From positions 2,641 through 66,640 of the forward strand of contig DATLXS010000098.1 in NCBI GenBank assembly GCA_035575675.1: a DNA stretch of 64,000 bases, in the 5' to 3' direction. Numbering within the stretch: the first letter of the stretch is position 1; each line of letters starts with the position of its first letter. The translations under genes were made by a program, and so were the position numbers. A model generated the notes under the pieces. The model did not search any database. It saw only the letters and a list, made by a program, of their open reading frames with translations, and was not told the DNA's origin. The stretch comes from Gemmatimonadales bacterium (lineage in GTDB: Bacteria > Gemmatimonadota > Gemmatimonadetes > Gemmatimonadales > GWC2-71-9). Below, piece by piece: positions 1-12,228 of this stretch.

Positions 1-1176
1 GACCATGGAATCCTGCCGGCCGGACGGCCGGTCGGCCGGACGGTCCAACAGCTCGCAGAGAAATATGGATTGCCATTCGAATTCACTGAGTTGAATCTTG
101 GACCGGACGCGACCGAGACGGTAGCGCGCCGCGCGCGCTACACGTGGCTGCGCCACGTGCAACAACGCCGCGGCGCGAAGTACCTCGTCACGGCGCATCA
201 CGAAGATGATCAGGTCGAAACGATTCTGTTGCGTGCGCTGCGCGGCAGCGCCCCCGCCGGCCTCGCCGGTATCGCGGCGCGCGCGCGGGGCGGTCTCGTG
301 CGGCCGCTGCTGCCGTTCACGCGAGCTGAGCTGCGCGACTACGCGACCGAGCGCGGGCTGCCGAGTTACGACGATCCCGCAAACCGTGACCCTCGGCACC
401 TGCGCTCCTGGGTGCGCACCACGCTCCTCCCGCTCCTGAACGAGCGCCTCGGCGCGCGGCTGCGGCGTGACGTACTCGCGCAGGGACGACACGCGGCCAG
501 TGATCGCCGAGCGTGGGATCAGATGCTGGATCTTGTCCCGGATTTGAGCCTGACCGTGCAGCGCGAGGGCTTTACCGTTGCCCGCGCCAGTGTGGGCGGC
601 TATGATAACGCATTGTCCGTCGCACTTTTGCGCGCGGCGGCCCGCAGGGTCGGACTGATGCTCGGCCCGACCCGTGCGCGGCGCCTCGTGGACTTGGCGC
701 AACGACCCTCCGGACGCCGTCTGCGGTTAGGGGATGGCTGGTCGGCCGAAGTCGCCTTCGACAAGCTGCGCGTGAGCCGTGAGCTGGGCAGTGGTATCGA
801 CTGCGCGCTCGAGCATGTCTGGCCGTCCGGCGAGCAGGGGTCGGCTCGCTTCGGCGAGTTCGAGATCACCTGGGCTCCGGCGGCCGCACCACCCACGATC
901 GAGCGCGCGACGTGGACGACCTGGGTGGACGCGGCGGAGTGGCAGGTACGGGCACCGGCGCGCGGCGATTCGCTGGTGCCGCTCGGCGGGGTCGGGCACC
1001 GGCCGCTGAAGCGCCTATTAATGGAAGCACGGGTTCCGCGCAGCGAGCGGCCGCGCTATCCCGTCGTCAGTCGAGGGGAAACCATTCTCTGGGTCCCGGG
1101 CATCTGTCGTAGTGCGGAAGGCGTACCGGCGCCCGGAACTCGAGCGGTGAGGCTGGATGTTATCGAGTATCGCTGA
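1..1176 (+). CDS. tilS: tRNA(Ile)-lysidine synthase (5' end outside window)
   Basis: Frame +1 is open from base 1, so the listed ORF 70..1176 is only the part after an internal Met. LVTAHHEDDQVETILLRALRGS and the C-terminal ETILWVPGICRS segment are TilS-family hallmarks. hpt and ftsH follow, giving the classical tilS-hpt-ftsH order. Confidence 0.85.
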   Translation, partial: DHGILPAGRPVGRTVQQLAEKYGLPFEFTELNLGPDATETVARRARYTWLRHVQQRRGAKYLVTAHHEDDQVETILLRALRGSAPAGLAGIAARARGGLVRPLLPFTRAELRDYATERGLPSYDDPANRDPRHLRSWVRTTLLPLLNERLGARLRRDVLAQGRHAASDRRAWDQMLDLVPDLSLTVQREGFTVARASVGGYDNALSVALLRAAARRVGLMLGPTRARRLVDLAQRPSGRRLRLGDGWSAEVAFDKLRVSRELGSGIDCALEHVWPSGEQGSARFGEFEITWAPAAAPPTIERATWTTWVDAAEWQVRAPARGDSLVPLGGVGHRPLKRLLMEARVPRSERPRYPVVSRGETILWVPGICRSAEGVPAPGTRAVRLDVIEYR

Positions 1177-1687
1177 GCTGAAACGCGTCGTGTTTGACGA
1201 AGAGACCATCGCGGAACGGGTGCGCGAGCTGGGGCAGGAGATCAGCGCGGCCTATCCCGACGGCGAGCTGCTGGTGCTGGGCCTGCTCAAGGGCAGCTTC
1301 ATCTTTCTCAGTGATCTCGTGCGGAAGATCGATCGCCCGCTGCAGGTCGACTTCCTCGTTGCATCGAGCTACGGCGAAGGCACGGTGTCGAGCGGGAATG
1401 TGCGGCTGGTGTATGACCCCGAAACGGACCTGGCCGGGAAGCACATCCTGCTGGTCGAGGACATCATCGACACCGGCAAGACGCTGAACAAGCTGGTCGC
1501 GCTGCTGCGGCAGCGGCGGCCGCGGAGTTTGGAGATCTGTGCGCTGTTACACAAACATATCGCTGCCCACCTGGAGCTGGAGGCGAAATTCCTGGGATTC
1601 GACGCCCCGACGCTATTCCTGGTCGGCTATGGCCTCGATCACGCGGAAAACTTCCGGCACCTTCCCTATATAGCGAGTCTGACATAG
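1157..1687 (+). CDS. hpt: hypoxanthine phosphoribosyltransferase
   Basis: 176 aa. Contains LLVLGLLKGSFIFLSDL and the PRPP-binding loop ILLVEDIIDTGKTL. The start overlaps the tilS end by 20 nt. Confidence 0.93.
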   Translation: MLSSIAELKRVVFDEETIAERVRELGQEISAAYPDGELLVLGLLKGSFIFLSDLVRKIDRPLQVDFLVASSYGEGTVSSGNVRLVYDPETDLAGKHILLVEDIIDTGKTLNKLVALLRQRRPRSLEICALLHKHIAAHLELEAKFLGFDAPTLFLVGYGLDHAENFRHLPYIASLT

Positions 1688-3675
<1,988 letters not shown>

Positions 3676-3679
<4 letters not shown>

Positions 3680-4944
3680 CCGCGCCGTCGGCCGCAGACC
3701 TCTCCAAACTCCGAATCAATCGCGACGAGCCACCGCCTGCGGTCAAGCGGGCGCTGGGTCGGGTGCTCTGGTTGGTCGCGGCCGCGGTGGTCATCATCGT
3801 GGTCGTGGTGATCCTCGGCCGCGGCAGCGCGGTGCCGGCACAGGTGGTCACGGTAACGACGGCGGCGGGGGGCGGCGAAGGGGCGGCGAGGGGCGGCAAC
3901 GGCGGCGCCGTTGCTGTGGTCGCCAACGGTTATGTCGTCGCGCGGACCAAGGCTGCGGTTTCGGCGAAGATCCCGGGCCGGCTGGCAATGCTGAATGTCA
4001 GCGAGGGCTCCCGCGTGCAGAAGGGCGACGTCATCGCGCGGCTCGACAACGCGGATTACGCCGCTGCAGTGGGCCAGGCGGAAGCCGAGCTCGCGAGCGC
4101 GAGGGCGACCCTGATCGAAACGCAATCCGATCGTGATCAGCTGCAGCGCGAATTCGTTCGCGCGCGCGACATCCGGGCGCAGAATCCCAATCTCATCTCG
4201 CCCCAGGACGTCGAGAACGCCGACAGTAAGGCGCGCCAGGCAGACGCGCGGGTCAGCGCGCAACAGGCGCGTGTGGATGCCGCGGCCGCGGGACTGCGGG
4301 TCGCCCAGGCGAATCTCGAGAACACCTACATTCGCGCACCGTTCAGCGGGACGGTGCTGCGCAAAGAGGCCGAGGTCGGGGAAGTCGTCGCGCCGTCGGT
4401 GGGCGGCGGCCTGACGCGCGGCGCCGTGGTGACGATGGCCGACCTCGCGACGCTCGAAGTGGAAGTGGACGTCAACGAAGCCTACATCGCGCGGATCCAG
4501 AACGGGCAGGAGGCGCGGATCACGCTCGACGCCTATCCCGACACGGCGTTCCGCGGTACGGTGCGCCAGGTGGTGCCGACCGCGGATCGCCAGCGGGCGA
4601 CGGTGCAGGTGAAGGTCGCGATCGTCGATCGCGACCCGCGCATCCTCACCGAGATGGGCGCGAAGGTCGAGTTCCTCGCGCCACCCCGGCCCGCACAGGT
4701 GGGAGCCGCCCAACCGGTCGAGCGCCCGCGCATCATCGTCCCCGCCGAAGCCGTGCGCAACGCCAACGGCCACGACGTCGTGTGGATCGTCCGCGACGGG
4801 CGGTTACAGAGTCGTGACGTTGACGCAGGTCCGGTCAGCGGTAACTTCCGCGAGATTCGTGCGGGACTTTCGGGCGGCGAGCAGTTACTCGTTGGCGGGA
4901 TTGAAACTCCGCGTGAGGGTCAACGCGTTAAGCTCTCGCAGTAA
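3676..4944 (+). CDS. HlyD/MacA-type periplasmic adaptor (membrane fusion protein)
   Basis: 422 aa. One N-terminal TM (VLWLVAAAVVIIVVVVIL), a long coiled-coil stretch and C-terminal beta-rich domains. GTGA overlap with the ftsH stop. An ABC ATPase and two FtsX-type permeases follow. Confidence 0.85.
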
Positions 4945-4947
4945 TCC

Positions 4948-4975
4948 CCGATAACCGACAACCGATAACCGAGCA
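4948..4975. repeat. heptamer array (4 units) in the adaptor/ATPase intergenic gap
   Basis: CCGATAA CCGACAA CCGATAA CCGAGCA between the stop at 4944 and the ATG at 4982. No inverted partner. Confidence 0.85.
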
Positions 4976-4981
4976 GGGTTC

Positions 4982-5680
4982 ATGGCGCTAGTCGAAATCC
5001 GCGACGTCTACAAGTCATTTCAGCGCGACACCCAAAAGATCGAGGTCTTCACGGGGCTCACCCTCGACATCGAAGCGGGCAGCTTCACCGCGCTGATGGG
5101 ACCGTCGGGGTCGGGCAAGTCGACCCTCCTCAATCTCATCGCGGGGCTCGACAAGCCGACGCGCGGCTCGGTCCGGGTCGCGGGGGCGGCGGTCAGCGAG
5201 ATGTCGGCGGGCCGGCTCGCCGCCTGGCGGTCGAGCAACATCGGGTTCGTGTTCCAGTCGTTCAACCTGCTGCCCGTGCTCACCGCGTATCAGAATGTCG
5301 AGCTCCCGCTGCTGCTCACCCGGTTGTCGGGCAGGGAACGCATCGAGCGTGTGAAGATCGCGCTCGACGTCGTGGGTCTCGCCGACCGCGCCGATCACTA
5401 TCCCCGCCAGCTGTCCGGCGGACAGGAGCAGCGCACCGCCATCGCCCGCGCCATCGTCGCGGATCCGACCGTCATGCTGCTCGATGAGCCGACGGGCCAG
5501 CTCGACGCCAAAAGCTCGCAGGAAGTGCTCGCGCTGCTGCAGCGGCTGAACAACGAGTTCAACAAGACGATCATCATCGTCACGCACGATGCGCATGCCG
5601 CCGAGCGCGCCAAGACGGTTCTGCACCTCGAGAAGGGCGACCTGATCGAGAAGCCGCGCATGGCGGCGGCCGCCCGGTGA
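4982..5680 (+). CDS. ABC transporter ATP-binding protein (MacB/LolD type)
   Basis: 232 aa. Walker A GPSGSGKST, ABC signature LSGGQEQR, Walker B MLLDEPT, H-loop VTHD. Confidence 0.95.
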   Translation: MALVEIRDVYKSFQRDTQKIEVFTGLTLDIEAGSFTALMGPSGSGKSTLLNLIAGLDKPTRGSVRVAGAAVSEMSAGRLAAWRSSNIGFVFQSFNLLPVLTAYQNVELPLLLTRLSGRERIERVKIALDVVGLADRADHYPRQLSGGQEQRTAIARAIVADPTVMLLDEPTGQLDAKSSQEVLALLQRLNNEFNKTIIIVTHDAHAAERAKTVLHLEKGDLIEKPRMAAAAR

Positions 5681-6819
5681 AGTACGTCGGGCTGGTGCTC
5701 GCCAACCTCGGCCGCCACAAGCTCCGGTCGATCCTGACGATCGCGAGCGTGGCGCTCGCGCTGTTCCTCTTCGCCTCGCTCCGCAGCGTCACCACGACGA
5801 TGGCGGCAGCGGCGCAGTTCGGCGGCGCGCGTCGCCTGGTCACGCTGAACGCGACCGGGCTGGTCTTCCCGCTGCCCCTCGCCTACGGCAACCGCATCAA
5901 GGCGCTCCCCGGGGTGACCGGTCTCTCCTGGGCCAACTGGTTCGGCGGCCGCTACGGCGACGGCAAGAGCTTTTTCGCGAATTTTGCGGTCGATGCCGAG
6001 TCCTATCTCCACCTGTATCCCGAGATCGTGATGCCGGCCGATCAGAAGCAGGCGTTCCTGCAGGATCGCACCGGCGCGATCATCGGCGAGCGTTTGATCA
6101 GTCAGTTCGGCTGGAAGCTGGGGCAGAACGTCACGCTGCAGGGAACGATTTTCCAGGGTGACTGGACCTTCAAGATCGACGGCGTCTACCACCCCACCGA
6201 TCCGGCGATCGGGGACAACGTGCTGATCTTCCATCACGACTACTTCGACGAGCGCATCGGCCGCGCGGGGATCGCCGGCTGGTACATCGTGGAGATCGAT
6301 GATCCGGCCCACGCCCCCACCATCGCCAAGGCGATCGACGACGTGTTTCGCAACTCGAGCTCGCCGACCAAGACCGGCACGGAGCGGGAGTTCCAGGCGA
6401 GCTTCGCGACGATGTGGGGCAACGTCAGCTTCCTGATGAGCACGATCGGCCTGGCCGTGGTGTTCGCGATCTTGCTGGTCACGGCGAACGCCATGATGAT
6501 GAGCGCGCGCGAGCGCACCGGCGAGATCGCCGTGCTCAAGACCGTGGGCTTCTCGGACCGGCTGCTGTTCACCCTGGTGATGGTCGAGGCGGGCGCGCTG
6601 GCGCTGACCGGCGCGGCGATCGGCCTCGGCGGCGCGACGCTCCTCTATCCGGCGATCAACTTCAACGGCGCCGGCTTCCTGCCGGGCTTCAAGGTGGCGA
6701 CGAGTACGTTGATCATCGGCGCACTGGTGGCCCTCGGCCTGATGCTGGCGAGCGGTCTCGTGCCCGCGCTGCGCGCGGCCCGCCTGCCGATCGTCCAGGC
6801 CCTGCGGAAGGTCGAATGA
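5677..6819 (+). CDS. ABC transporter permease, FtsX/MacB type
   Basis: 380 aa. N-terminal TM, large extracytoplasmic domain, three C-terminal TMs. GTGA overlap with the ATPase stop. Confidence 0.88.
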   Translation: MKYVGLVLANLGRHKLRSILTIASVALALFLFASLRSVTTTMAAAAQFGGARRLVTLNATGLVFPLPLAYGNRIKALPGVTGLSWANWFGGRYGDGKSFFANFAVDAESYLHLYPEIVMPADQKQAFLQDRTGAIIGERLISQFGWKLGQNVTLQGTIFQGDWTFKIDGVYHPTDPAIGDNVLIFHHDYFDERIGRAGIAGWYIVEIDDPAHAPTIAKAIDDVFRNSSSPTKTGTEREFQASFATMWGNVSFLMSTIGLAVVFAILLVTANAMMMSARERTGEIAVLKTVGFSDRLLFTLVMVEAGALALTGAAIGLGGATLLYPAINFNGAGFLPGFKVATSTLIIGALVALGLMLASGLVPALRAARLPIVQALRKVE

Positions 6820-7976
6820 TCCCCATCGCCTACAACGTCCGCAGCGTGGTGCAGCGGCCCGTCTCCACCGCGCTCACCGCGCTCGGCGTCGGCCTGGTCG
6901 TTGCGGTATTCATCGGCATGCTCGCGCTCGCCAACGGCTTCAGCGCGGCGCTCGCCAAGACCGGGTCGAGCCGCAACGTCCTCGTGCTGCGCAAGGGCGC
7001 GGACTCCGAGCTCTCCAGCGGGCTCGGGCGCGACGTGTCGAGCATCGTGGCGGCCGACCCGCACGTCGCGACCGGCGCCGATGGCCGGCCGCTCGTGTCA
7101 CCGGAAGTGTATGTCCTGATTCCGCTCGCGAAATCGTTCGACACCACGCAGATCGCCAACGTCGTCGCGCGGGGCATCAGCGACCAGGCCTGGCAGGTGC
7201 GCAACAACGTCACGGTCACCGAGGGTCAAAAGCCGGCCTCCGGCCGCCCGGAAGTCTGCGTCGGCAGCCGCTTGACCAGGCGCTTTCCGCACACCGGCAT
7301 CGGTCAGACGCTGCATTTCGGCGGCCGCGACTGGACGGTGACGTGCCACTTCACGGCCGCGGGCTCGGCCTTCGAGTCGGAGATCTGGGGCGAGAACGAG
7401 CAGTTCATGCCGGTGTTCCGTGGCGAGGTATTCCAGTCGATCAGCTTTCGGCTGAAAGACCCGGCGTCGTTCCAGGAAGCGCAGCGCGCGCTGCAAGCGG
7501 ACAAGCGCATGACGATCGACGTGCACCGCGAATCGGAGTTCTACGCCCAGCAGTCGCAGCTCCTGGGGCGCATTCTCAGCTTCCTCGCGGTAATGATCAC
7601 CGGCATCATGGCGGTGGGTGCCGTCTTTGGGGCCATCAACACGATGTACGCCGCCATCGCGTCGCGCGCGCCGGAAATCGGCGTGCTCCTCACGCTCGGC
7701 TTCAGGCCCTGGAGCGTGCTCGTGAGCTTCCTCGCCGAGTCGGCCTTCATCGCGGCGATCGGTGGATTGCTGGGGTGCCTGTTCGCGCTGCCGCTGAACG
7801 GCATCGTGACGAGCACCACGAACTGGTCGAGCTTCAGCGAGATCGCGTTCAGCTTCCGCGTGACGCCGGCGCTGCTGCTGGTCGGCCTGATCTTCGCGGT
7901 CGTGATGGGCGTCGTCGGCGGGTTCTTCCCGGCGCTCCGCGCGGCTCGCCTGCAGGTGGTCCAGGCGCTCAGGTGA
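6816..7976 (+). CDS. ABC transporter permease, FtsX/MacB type (second paralog)
   Basis: Listed ORF 6414..7976 trimmed to the Met at 6816 (MIPIAYNVRSV...), which makes an ATGA overlap with the upstream stop. Same 1+3 TM architecture as the preceding permease. Confidence 0.85.
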   Translation: MIPIAYNVRSVVQRPVSTALTALGVGLVVAVFIGMLALANGFSAALAKTGSSRNVLVLRKGADSELSSGLGRDVSSIVAADPHVATGADGRPLVSPEVYVLIPLAKSFDTTQIANVVARGISDQAWQVRNNVTVTEGQKPASGRPEVCVGSRLTRRFPHTGIGQTLHFGGRDWTVTCHFTAAGSAFESEIWGENEQFMPVFRGEVFQSISFRLKDPASFQEAQRALQADKRMTIDVHRESEFYAQQSQLLGRILSFLAVMITGIMAVGAVFGAINTMYAAIASRAPEIGVLLTLGFRPWSVLVSFLAESAFIAAIGGLLGCLFALPLNGIVTSTTNWSSFSEIAFSFRVTPALLLVGLIFAVVMGVVGGFFPALRAARLQVVQALR

Positions 7977-9139
7977 AAGTCACCGCGCTCGCCGCGCACA
8001 CACCGGAAGCGGTGCGCGCGGCGCTCGCGGCCCGCGGCTGGGAAGCGCAACCGGCCTGGTTCGCCGCCACCGGCATCCAGCCTCTCGTCGTGCTCATCGA
8101 AGACATCAGCGAACCGGAGCGCGAAGCACTCGTGCATTGGGGCACGAAGTCCGGCGCGGATGTGCTGACCGGTGACGCCTGGGCGCTCGTGGCGGGCGCG
8201 GCGAGCCGCATCGCGCCGCTCGCGCGGTACGACCGCGTACCCGCGGAACTGTCGCGCCTCGCCCCCGAGCTCGGGAAGCTGCTGGGCGCGCGCGCCGAAC
8301 CGGCGCGCACCTGGGCGATTCGCGGCGCCGAGGTGTCGCTCGAAAAGCCGGTGATCATTGGCATCGTCAACGTGACACCCGACTCGTTTTCTGACGGTGG
8401 CCAGCTGCCGACAGCCGATGCGGCGATCGCGCACGGCGAACGCCTGATGGCTGATGGCAGCCGGCTGTTGGACGTGGGCGGTGAATCCACGCGTCCCGGT
8501 GCGGCGGCGGTCCCGGTTTCGGAAGAGATCGCGCGCGTCGTACCGGTGATTCGAGGCCTCGTCCGGCGGGGAATCGGCCCCGTGTCGGTCGACACCCGCA
8601 AGGCCGCAGTCGCGCGGGCCGCGCTGGACGCCGGGGCGGTGATCGTCAACGACGTCTCCGGGCTGCGTTCCGACGCGGCGCTGGCGGGCGCCGTGGGGGA
8701 CGCCCAGGCGGGCGTCATCCTCATGCATATGCGGGGGACGCCGGAGACGATGGACGACCTGGCGACCTACGATCATGTCGCTCCGGAGATCGCCGCGGAG
8801 CTGGCGGCGCTGGCGGAGAAGGCCGAGCGGGCCGGGATTGCGGGCGAGCGGATCGCGGTCGATCCGGGATTCGGGTTTGCCAAGACGGCCACCCAGAATC
8901 TCCGGCTGCTCGACGAACTGGCATCGGTCGTCGCGCTGGGCTATCCTGTAGCGGTCGGCCCGTCGCGCAAGCGGTTTTTGGGTGCCGCGACCGGCCGGCC
9001 CGTGGAGGACCGCGATCGCGCCACGGCCGTCGCTTGCGCCCTCGCCTGGGAGCGGGGGGCGCGGCTGTTCCGGGTGCACGACGCCCGGCTGGCACACGAA
9101 GCCCTTGCACTGGCGAGCGCCACGACCAATCCACCGTGA
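7973..9139 (+). CDS. folP: dihydropteroate synthase with about 105-aa N-terminal extension
   Basis: Core motifs GIVNVTPDSFSDGG, DVGGESTRPGA, SVDT and NDVSG. Listed ORF 7343..9139 trimmed to the GTG at 7973 (GTGA overlap with the permease stop). The region 7973-8290 has strong G/C third-position bias in this frame, so the extension appears to be translated. Confidence 0.85.
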   Translation: MKVTALAAHTPEAVRAALAARGWEAQPAWFAATGIQPLVVLIEDISEPEREALVHWGTKSGADVLTGDAWALVAGAASRIAPLARYDRVPAELSRLAPELGKLLGARAEPARTWAIRGAEVSLEKPVIIGIVNVTPDSFSDGGQLPTADAAIAHGERLMADGSRLLDVGGESTRPGAAAVPVSEEIARVVPVIRGLVRRGIGPVSVDTRKAAVARAALDAGAVIVNDVSGLRSDAALAGAVGDAQAGVILMHMRGTPETMDDLATYDHVAPEIAAELAALAEKAERAGIAGERIAVDPGFGFAKTATQNLRLLDELASVVALGYPVAVGPSRKRFLGAATGRPVEDRDRATAVACALAWERGARLFRVHDARLAHEALALASATTNPP

Positions 9140-9936
9140 ACGTCGACGCCTTCAAGTTCCTGTCGCCGCGGCTGTGGCCGGATCTCTTCGAGATCCTGGT
9201 CGTGTCGTTCGTCGTCTACCGGTTCCTGCTGTTCCTCGTCGGGACCCGCGCGCTGCAGATCGTCATCGGTCTCGTCATTCTGTCGCTGACCTACTTCGTG
9301 GCCGTGTTCGCCAAGTTCACGATGATCAGCACGCTGCTGGGCGTCGTGTTCACCTACGGCGCCTTCGCGGCCGTCGTCGTCTTCCAGCCGGAGCTGCGCA
9401 ACGCCCTGGCGCGGCTCGGCCAGTCGCGTCTCATGCGCGCGTTCTCGCGCGGCGACCGGCAGTCGGTGGCCGAAGAGATCGCGGAAGCGCTGGACCGGCT
9501 GTCGCGCGCCAGCACCGGCGCGATCATCGCGGTCGAAGGGGACATCGGCCTGGAAGAGTTCATCACCACCGGCGTGCCGATGGAAGCGAAGGTCTCGGCC
9601 GACCTCGTGACGACGATCTTCACGCCGTATTCGCCGCTGCACGACGGCGCGGTCCTGATCCGCGGCGATCAGATCATCGGCGCGGGGTGCGTGCTGCCGC
9701 TCACGCAGTTCAACGTCGCCGACAAATCGCTCGGCACGCGTCATCGCGCGGCGCTCGGGCTCTCCGAAGAGACCGATGCGACGGTGCTCGTCGTCTCGGA
9801 AGAGACCTCGACGATCTCCGTCGCGAGCCACGGCCTGCTGTATCGCCACCTCACGCCACAACAGGTACGCGATCTGCTCTCCGGCGCCGTGTCGCATCTC
9901 GAGGGCGGCGAGCGCGTGACTCAGCCTGCCACCTAA
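9136..9936 (+). CDS. cdaA: diadenylate cyclase CdaA (c-di-AMP synthase)
   Basis: Trimmed to the GTG at 9136 (GTGA overlap with the folP stop). Three N-terminal TMs, then a DAC domain with the HDGAVLI and GTRHRAA motifs. Confidence 0.9.
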   Translation: MNVDAFKFLSPRLWPDLFEILVVSFVVYRFLLFLVGTRALQIVIGLVILSLTYFVAVFAKFTMISTLLGVVFTYGAFAAVVVFQPELRNALARLGQSRLMRAFSRGDRQSVAEEIAEALDRLSRASTGAIIAVEGDIGLEEFITTGVPMEAKVSADLVTTIFTPYSPLHDGAVLIRGDQIIGAGCVLPLTQFNVADKSLGTRHRAALGLSEETDATVLVVSEETSTISVASHGLLYRHLTPQQVRDLLSGAVSHLEGGERVTQPAT

Positions 9937-9988
9937 ACCCCCCTACCGGGAGGCGGCCGCGGTCGCGCTCCTGGTCCTCATCGGATAT

Positions 9989-12217
9989 GTGATCACCCTC
10001 GCGCCCACGGTCACCCTGTGGGATGCCGGGGAGTTCATCACCGCCGCCAAGGTGCTCGGCATTCCGCATCCGCCCGGGACGCCGTTGTTCGTGTTGTTGG
10101 GAAACGTCTGGGGCGGCGTGGTCAGACTCGGCAGCTACGCGTGGCGGCTGAATCTGATGAGCGCCTGTTTCTCCGCGGCCGGCGCCGGGTGCCTGTTTCT
10201 CGTCGCGCACCGGCTGCTCGCGGGCCAGGTGCCATGGCTCAGGACGGGCGGCGCGGCCGCGGCTGCGATCCTGTCGGCGTTCACGTTCACCGGATGGCAG
10301 AACAGCAACGAGACCGAGGTCTATACCGTCGCGACATTCAGCATCGCCGCGATCTGCTGGTTGTGCGTGAGATGGCGCGACGTGCGGGGCACCGCGCGCG
10401 CGCCGCACATTCTGCTGCTCATCGTCTACGTCGCGGCCCTGTCGATCGGCAATCACCTGCTGGCGTTGCTCGTCGGACCCGCCGTCTCGCTCTTCATCGC
10501 GTTTACGCTCCGCGCGGCGCCCGCGCTCGATCGGGACGAGCGGCGGACGGAATGGGCCGAGTGGGCGACGCTCAGCGCGCTGTGGATCGTGTTGGTTGGT
10601 GGTGGGCTCGGCAACTTGCTCCTGCTCGTTCTCGGTGGGGCGGTGCTCCTCGGCGCGGTCGTGGCCTGCGCGCTGGCGGGTTCGCGCGCCTTCCCGGTTC
10701 TGGCGATCGGCATCGCGGCCGTCGGGATTTCGATCTACGCGTTCCTCTACATCCGCGCCGGCCTCCATCCGCTGCTCAACGAGGCCGACCCCGAACATTG
10801 GCGGCCTCTCCTCGCCGTCGTCCGGCGCGAGCAGTTCGGGAGCCGCGGCCTGCTGGACAATCCGATGATGCCGGGCGAGACCCGGACTCTCAAGATTGTC
10901 GGCCAGCAGTTCGTCAACTTCTTCCAATACTGTACCTGGCAATGGGGGCGCTCGCTGCCGGCCGTGGCCATGGTCGTGGTCGCGCTGGTGTTCGTCACGC
11001 TGGGAGTTTTCGGATTCGAATTCGCGCGGCGGCAGGACCGGGGCGTCGTGGCGCTGCTGGGCGCGCTGTGGCTCGTCACGGGCGCCGGGCTCGTGATCTA
11101 CATGAACTTCAAGGCGGGATTCTCGCTGTTTTGGAATGAGTACACGACGATCGCACAGCATGAAGTGCGCGAGCGCGACTACTTCTTCGTCGTGAGCTTC
11201 CAGGTCTGGGGCATGTTCGCCGCCTTCGGGCTCGTGCGCCTGGTGCGCGCGCTGTCGGTGGCCGCGCCGTCGCGCTGGGGCATCGCGGTCGCGTCGCTCG
11301 TGACGCTGCTCCCCTTCGGCGCCAACTTCACGGCGGCCTCGCGCCGTGGCGCGGACAGGACCGCGGCGCGCGACTTCGCCTACAACCTGTTGCAGTCCGT
11401 CGAGCCGTATGGCGTGCTGTTCGGCTTCGGCGACAACGACACCTTCCCGGTCTGGTATCTGCAGGAGGTCGAGGGCGTCCGGCAGGATGTGACGCTCATC
11501 AATCTCTCGCTCGCCAACCTCGACTGGTATCTGCACCAGCTGGCAGAGCGGCCCGTCCGGCCGTTCGTTGCGGCGGGCGCTCCGGCGCTGTATCGCGGGT
11601 TGGCGCCTCCTGAGCGGCCGGCCGGCCCTGCGTTGCCGCTCACGGCGCAGGAGATCGACAGTATGATGCCGGTCCAGATGCGCGATGACGGCGTGTTCCG
11701 CGCAGGCAACTTCGAGCTGCCGGTGCGGAAGGGACAGGTGCTCAACACGGCCGATCAGGTGATCCTCTACACCATCGCCGCCTATCTGCCCAACCGGCCG
11801 GTGGCCTTCGGCGTGGCGTCCGGCCGGGGCGCGTGGCTCGGCATGGATCCGCATCTGGTGTTCCAGGGACTCGCGTTCAAAGTCGTCCCACGCCCCGACA
11901 CCGTGCGGCGCTTCGTGCGCGGCATTCAGGGGACCATGGTCGACTCCGCGCGCACGCGGGTGCTCGTCGACTCCGTGTTCACGTTTGGGAGGATGTTCGG
12001 CCCCGACTCCCTCGAGCTCGAGCCCGCCGCCGACCAGGTAGCCCTGTCGTTCTCGGTTCCCTTTATCGAGCTGGGCAACATCGCGGCAACCCGTGGCGAC
12101 CAGCGGCAGGCACTGGCCTACCTGCGCCGGGCCTACCATCTCAATCCCAGCAAAGCGCTTGCGGACGTGCTCACCCGAGCCGAGACCCAGGGGGTACAGA
12201 GCCTCTTTAGGCGTTAA
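9989..12217 (+). CDS. DUF2723 (TMEM260-like, glycosyltransferase-type) polytopic membrane protein
   Basis: 742 aa. N-terminal APTVTLWDAGEFITAAKVLGIPHPPGTPLF signature, many TMs, TPR-like C-terminus. The frame is open back to 9920 with family-like sequence (AVALLVLIGY) but no ATG/GTG/TTG, so the start is uncertain. Confidence 0.8.
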   Translation: MITLAPTVTLWDAGEFITAAKVLGIPHPPGTPLFVLLGNVWGGVVRLGSYAWRLNLMSACFSAAGAGCLFLVAHRLLAGQVPWLRTGGAAAAAILSAFTFTGWQNSNETEVYTVATFSIAAICWLCVRWRDVRGTARAPHILLLIVYVAALSIGNHLLALLVGPAVSLFIAFTLRAAPALDRDERRTEWAEWATLSALWIVLVGGGLGNLLLLVLGGAVLLGAVVACALAGSRAFPVLAIGIAAVGISIYAFLYIRAGLHPLLNEADPEHWRPLLAVVRREQFGSRGLLDNPMMPGETRTLKIVGQQFVNFFQYCTWQWGRSLPAVAMVVVALVFVTLGVFGFEFARRQDRGVVALLGALWLVTGAGLVIYMNFKAGFSLFWNEYTTIAQHEVRERDYFFVVSFQVWGMFAAFGLVRLVRALSVAAPSRWGIAVASLVTLLPFGANFTAASRRGADRTAARDFAYNLLQSVEPYGVLFGFGDNDTFPVWYLQEVEGVRQDVTLINLSLANLDWYLHQLAERPVRPFVAAGAPALYRGLAPPERPAGPALPLTAQEIDSMMPVQMRDDGVFRAGNFELPVRKGQVLNTADQVILYTIAAYLPNRPVAFGVASGRGAWLGMDPHLVFQGLAFKVVPRPDTVRRFVRGIQGTMVDSARTRVLVDSVFTFGRMFGPDSLELEPAADQVALSFSVPFIELGNIAATRGDQRQALAYLRRAYHLNPSKALADVLTRAETQGVQSLFRR

Positions 12218-12228
12218 ATTGAGCGGCT

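Noticed and set aside
3861-3900. G-rich 10-11 nt repeats in the adaptor gene (GGGGCGGCGAA-like x3) and the 9-nt x3 repeat CCTGCTGCG at about 20667-20700 in cheA
   Set aside because: They encode Gly/Ala- or Pro/Ala-rich linker peptides and lack the 7-nt periodicity. I treat them as ordinary low-complexity coding sequence rather than members of the heptamer family.
9851-12139. 762-aa ORF on the minus strand
   Set aside because: Antisense to the DUF2723 membrane protein gene. The translation is highly charged and low-complexity, whereas the + frame gives a coherent polytopic membrane protein.
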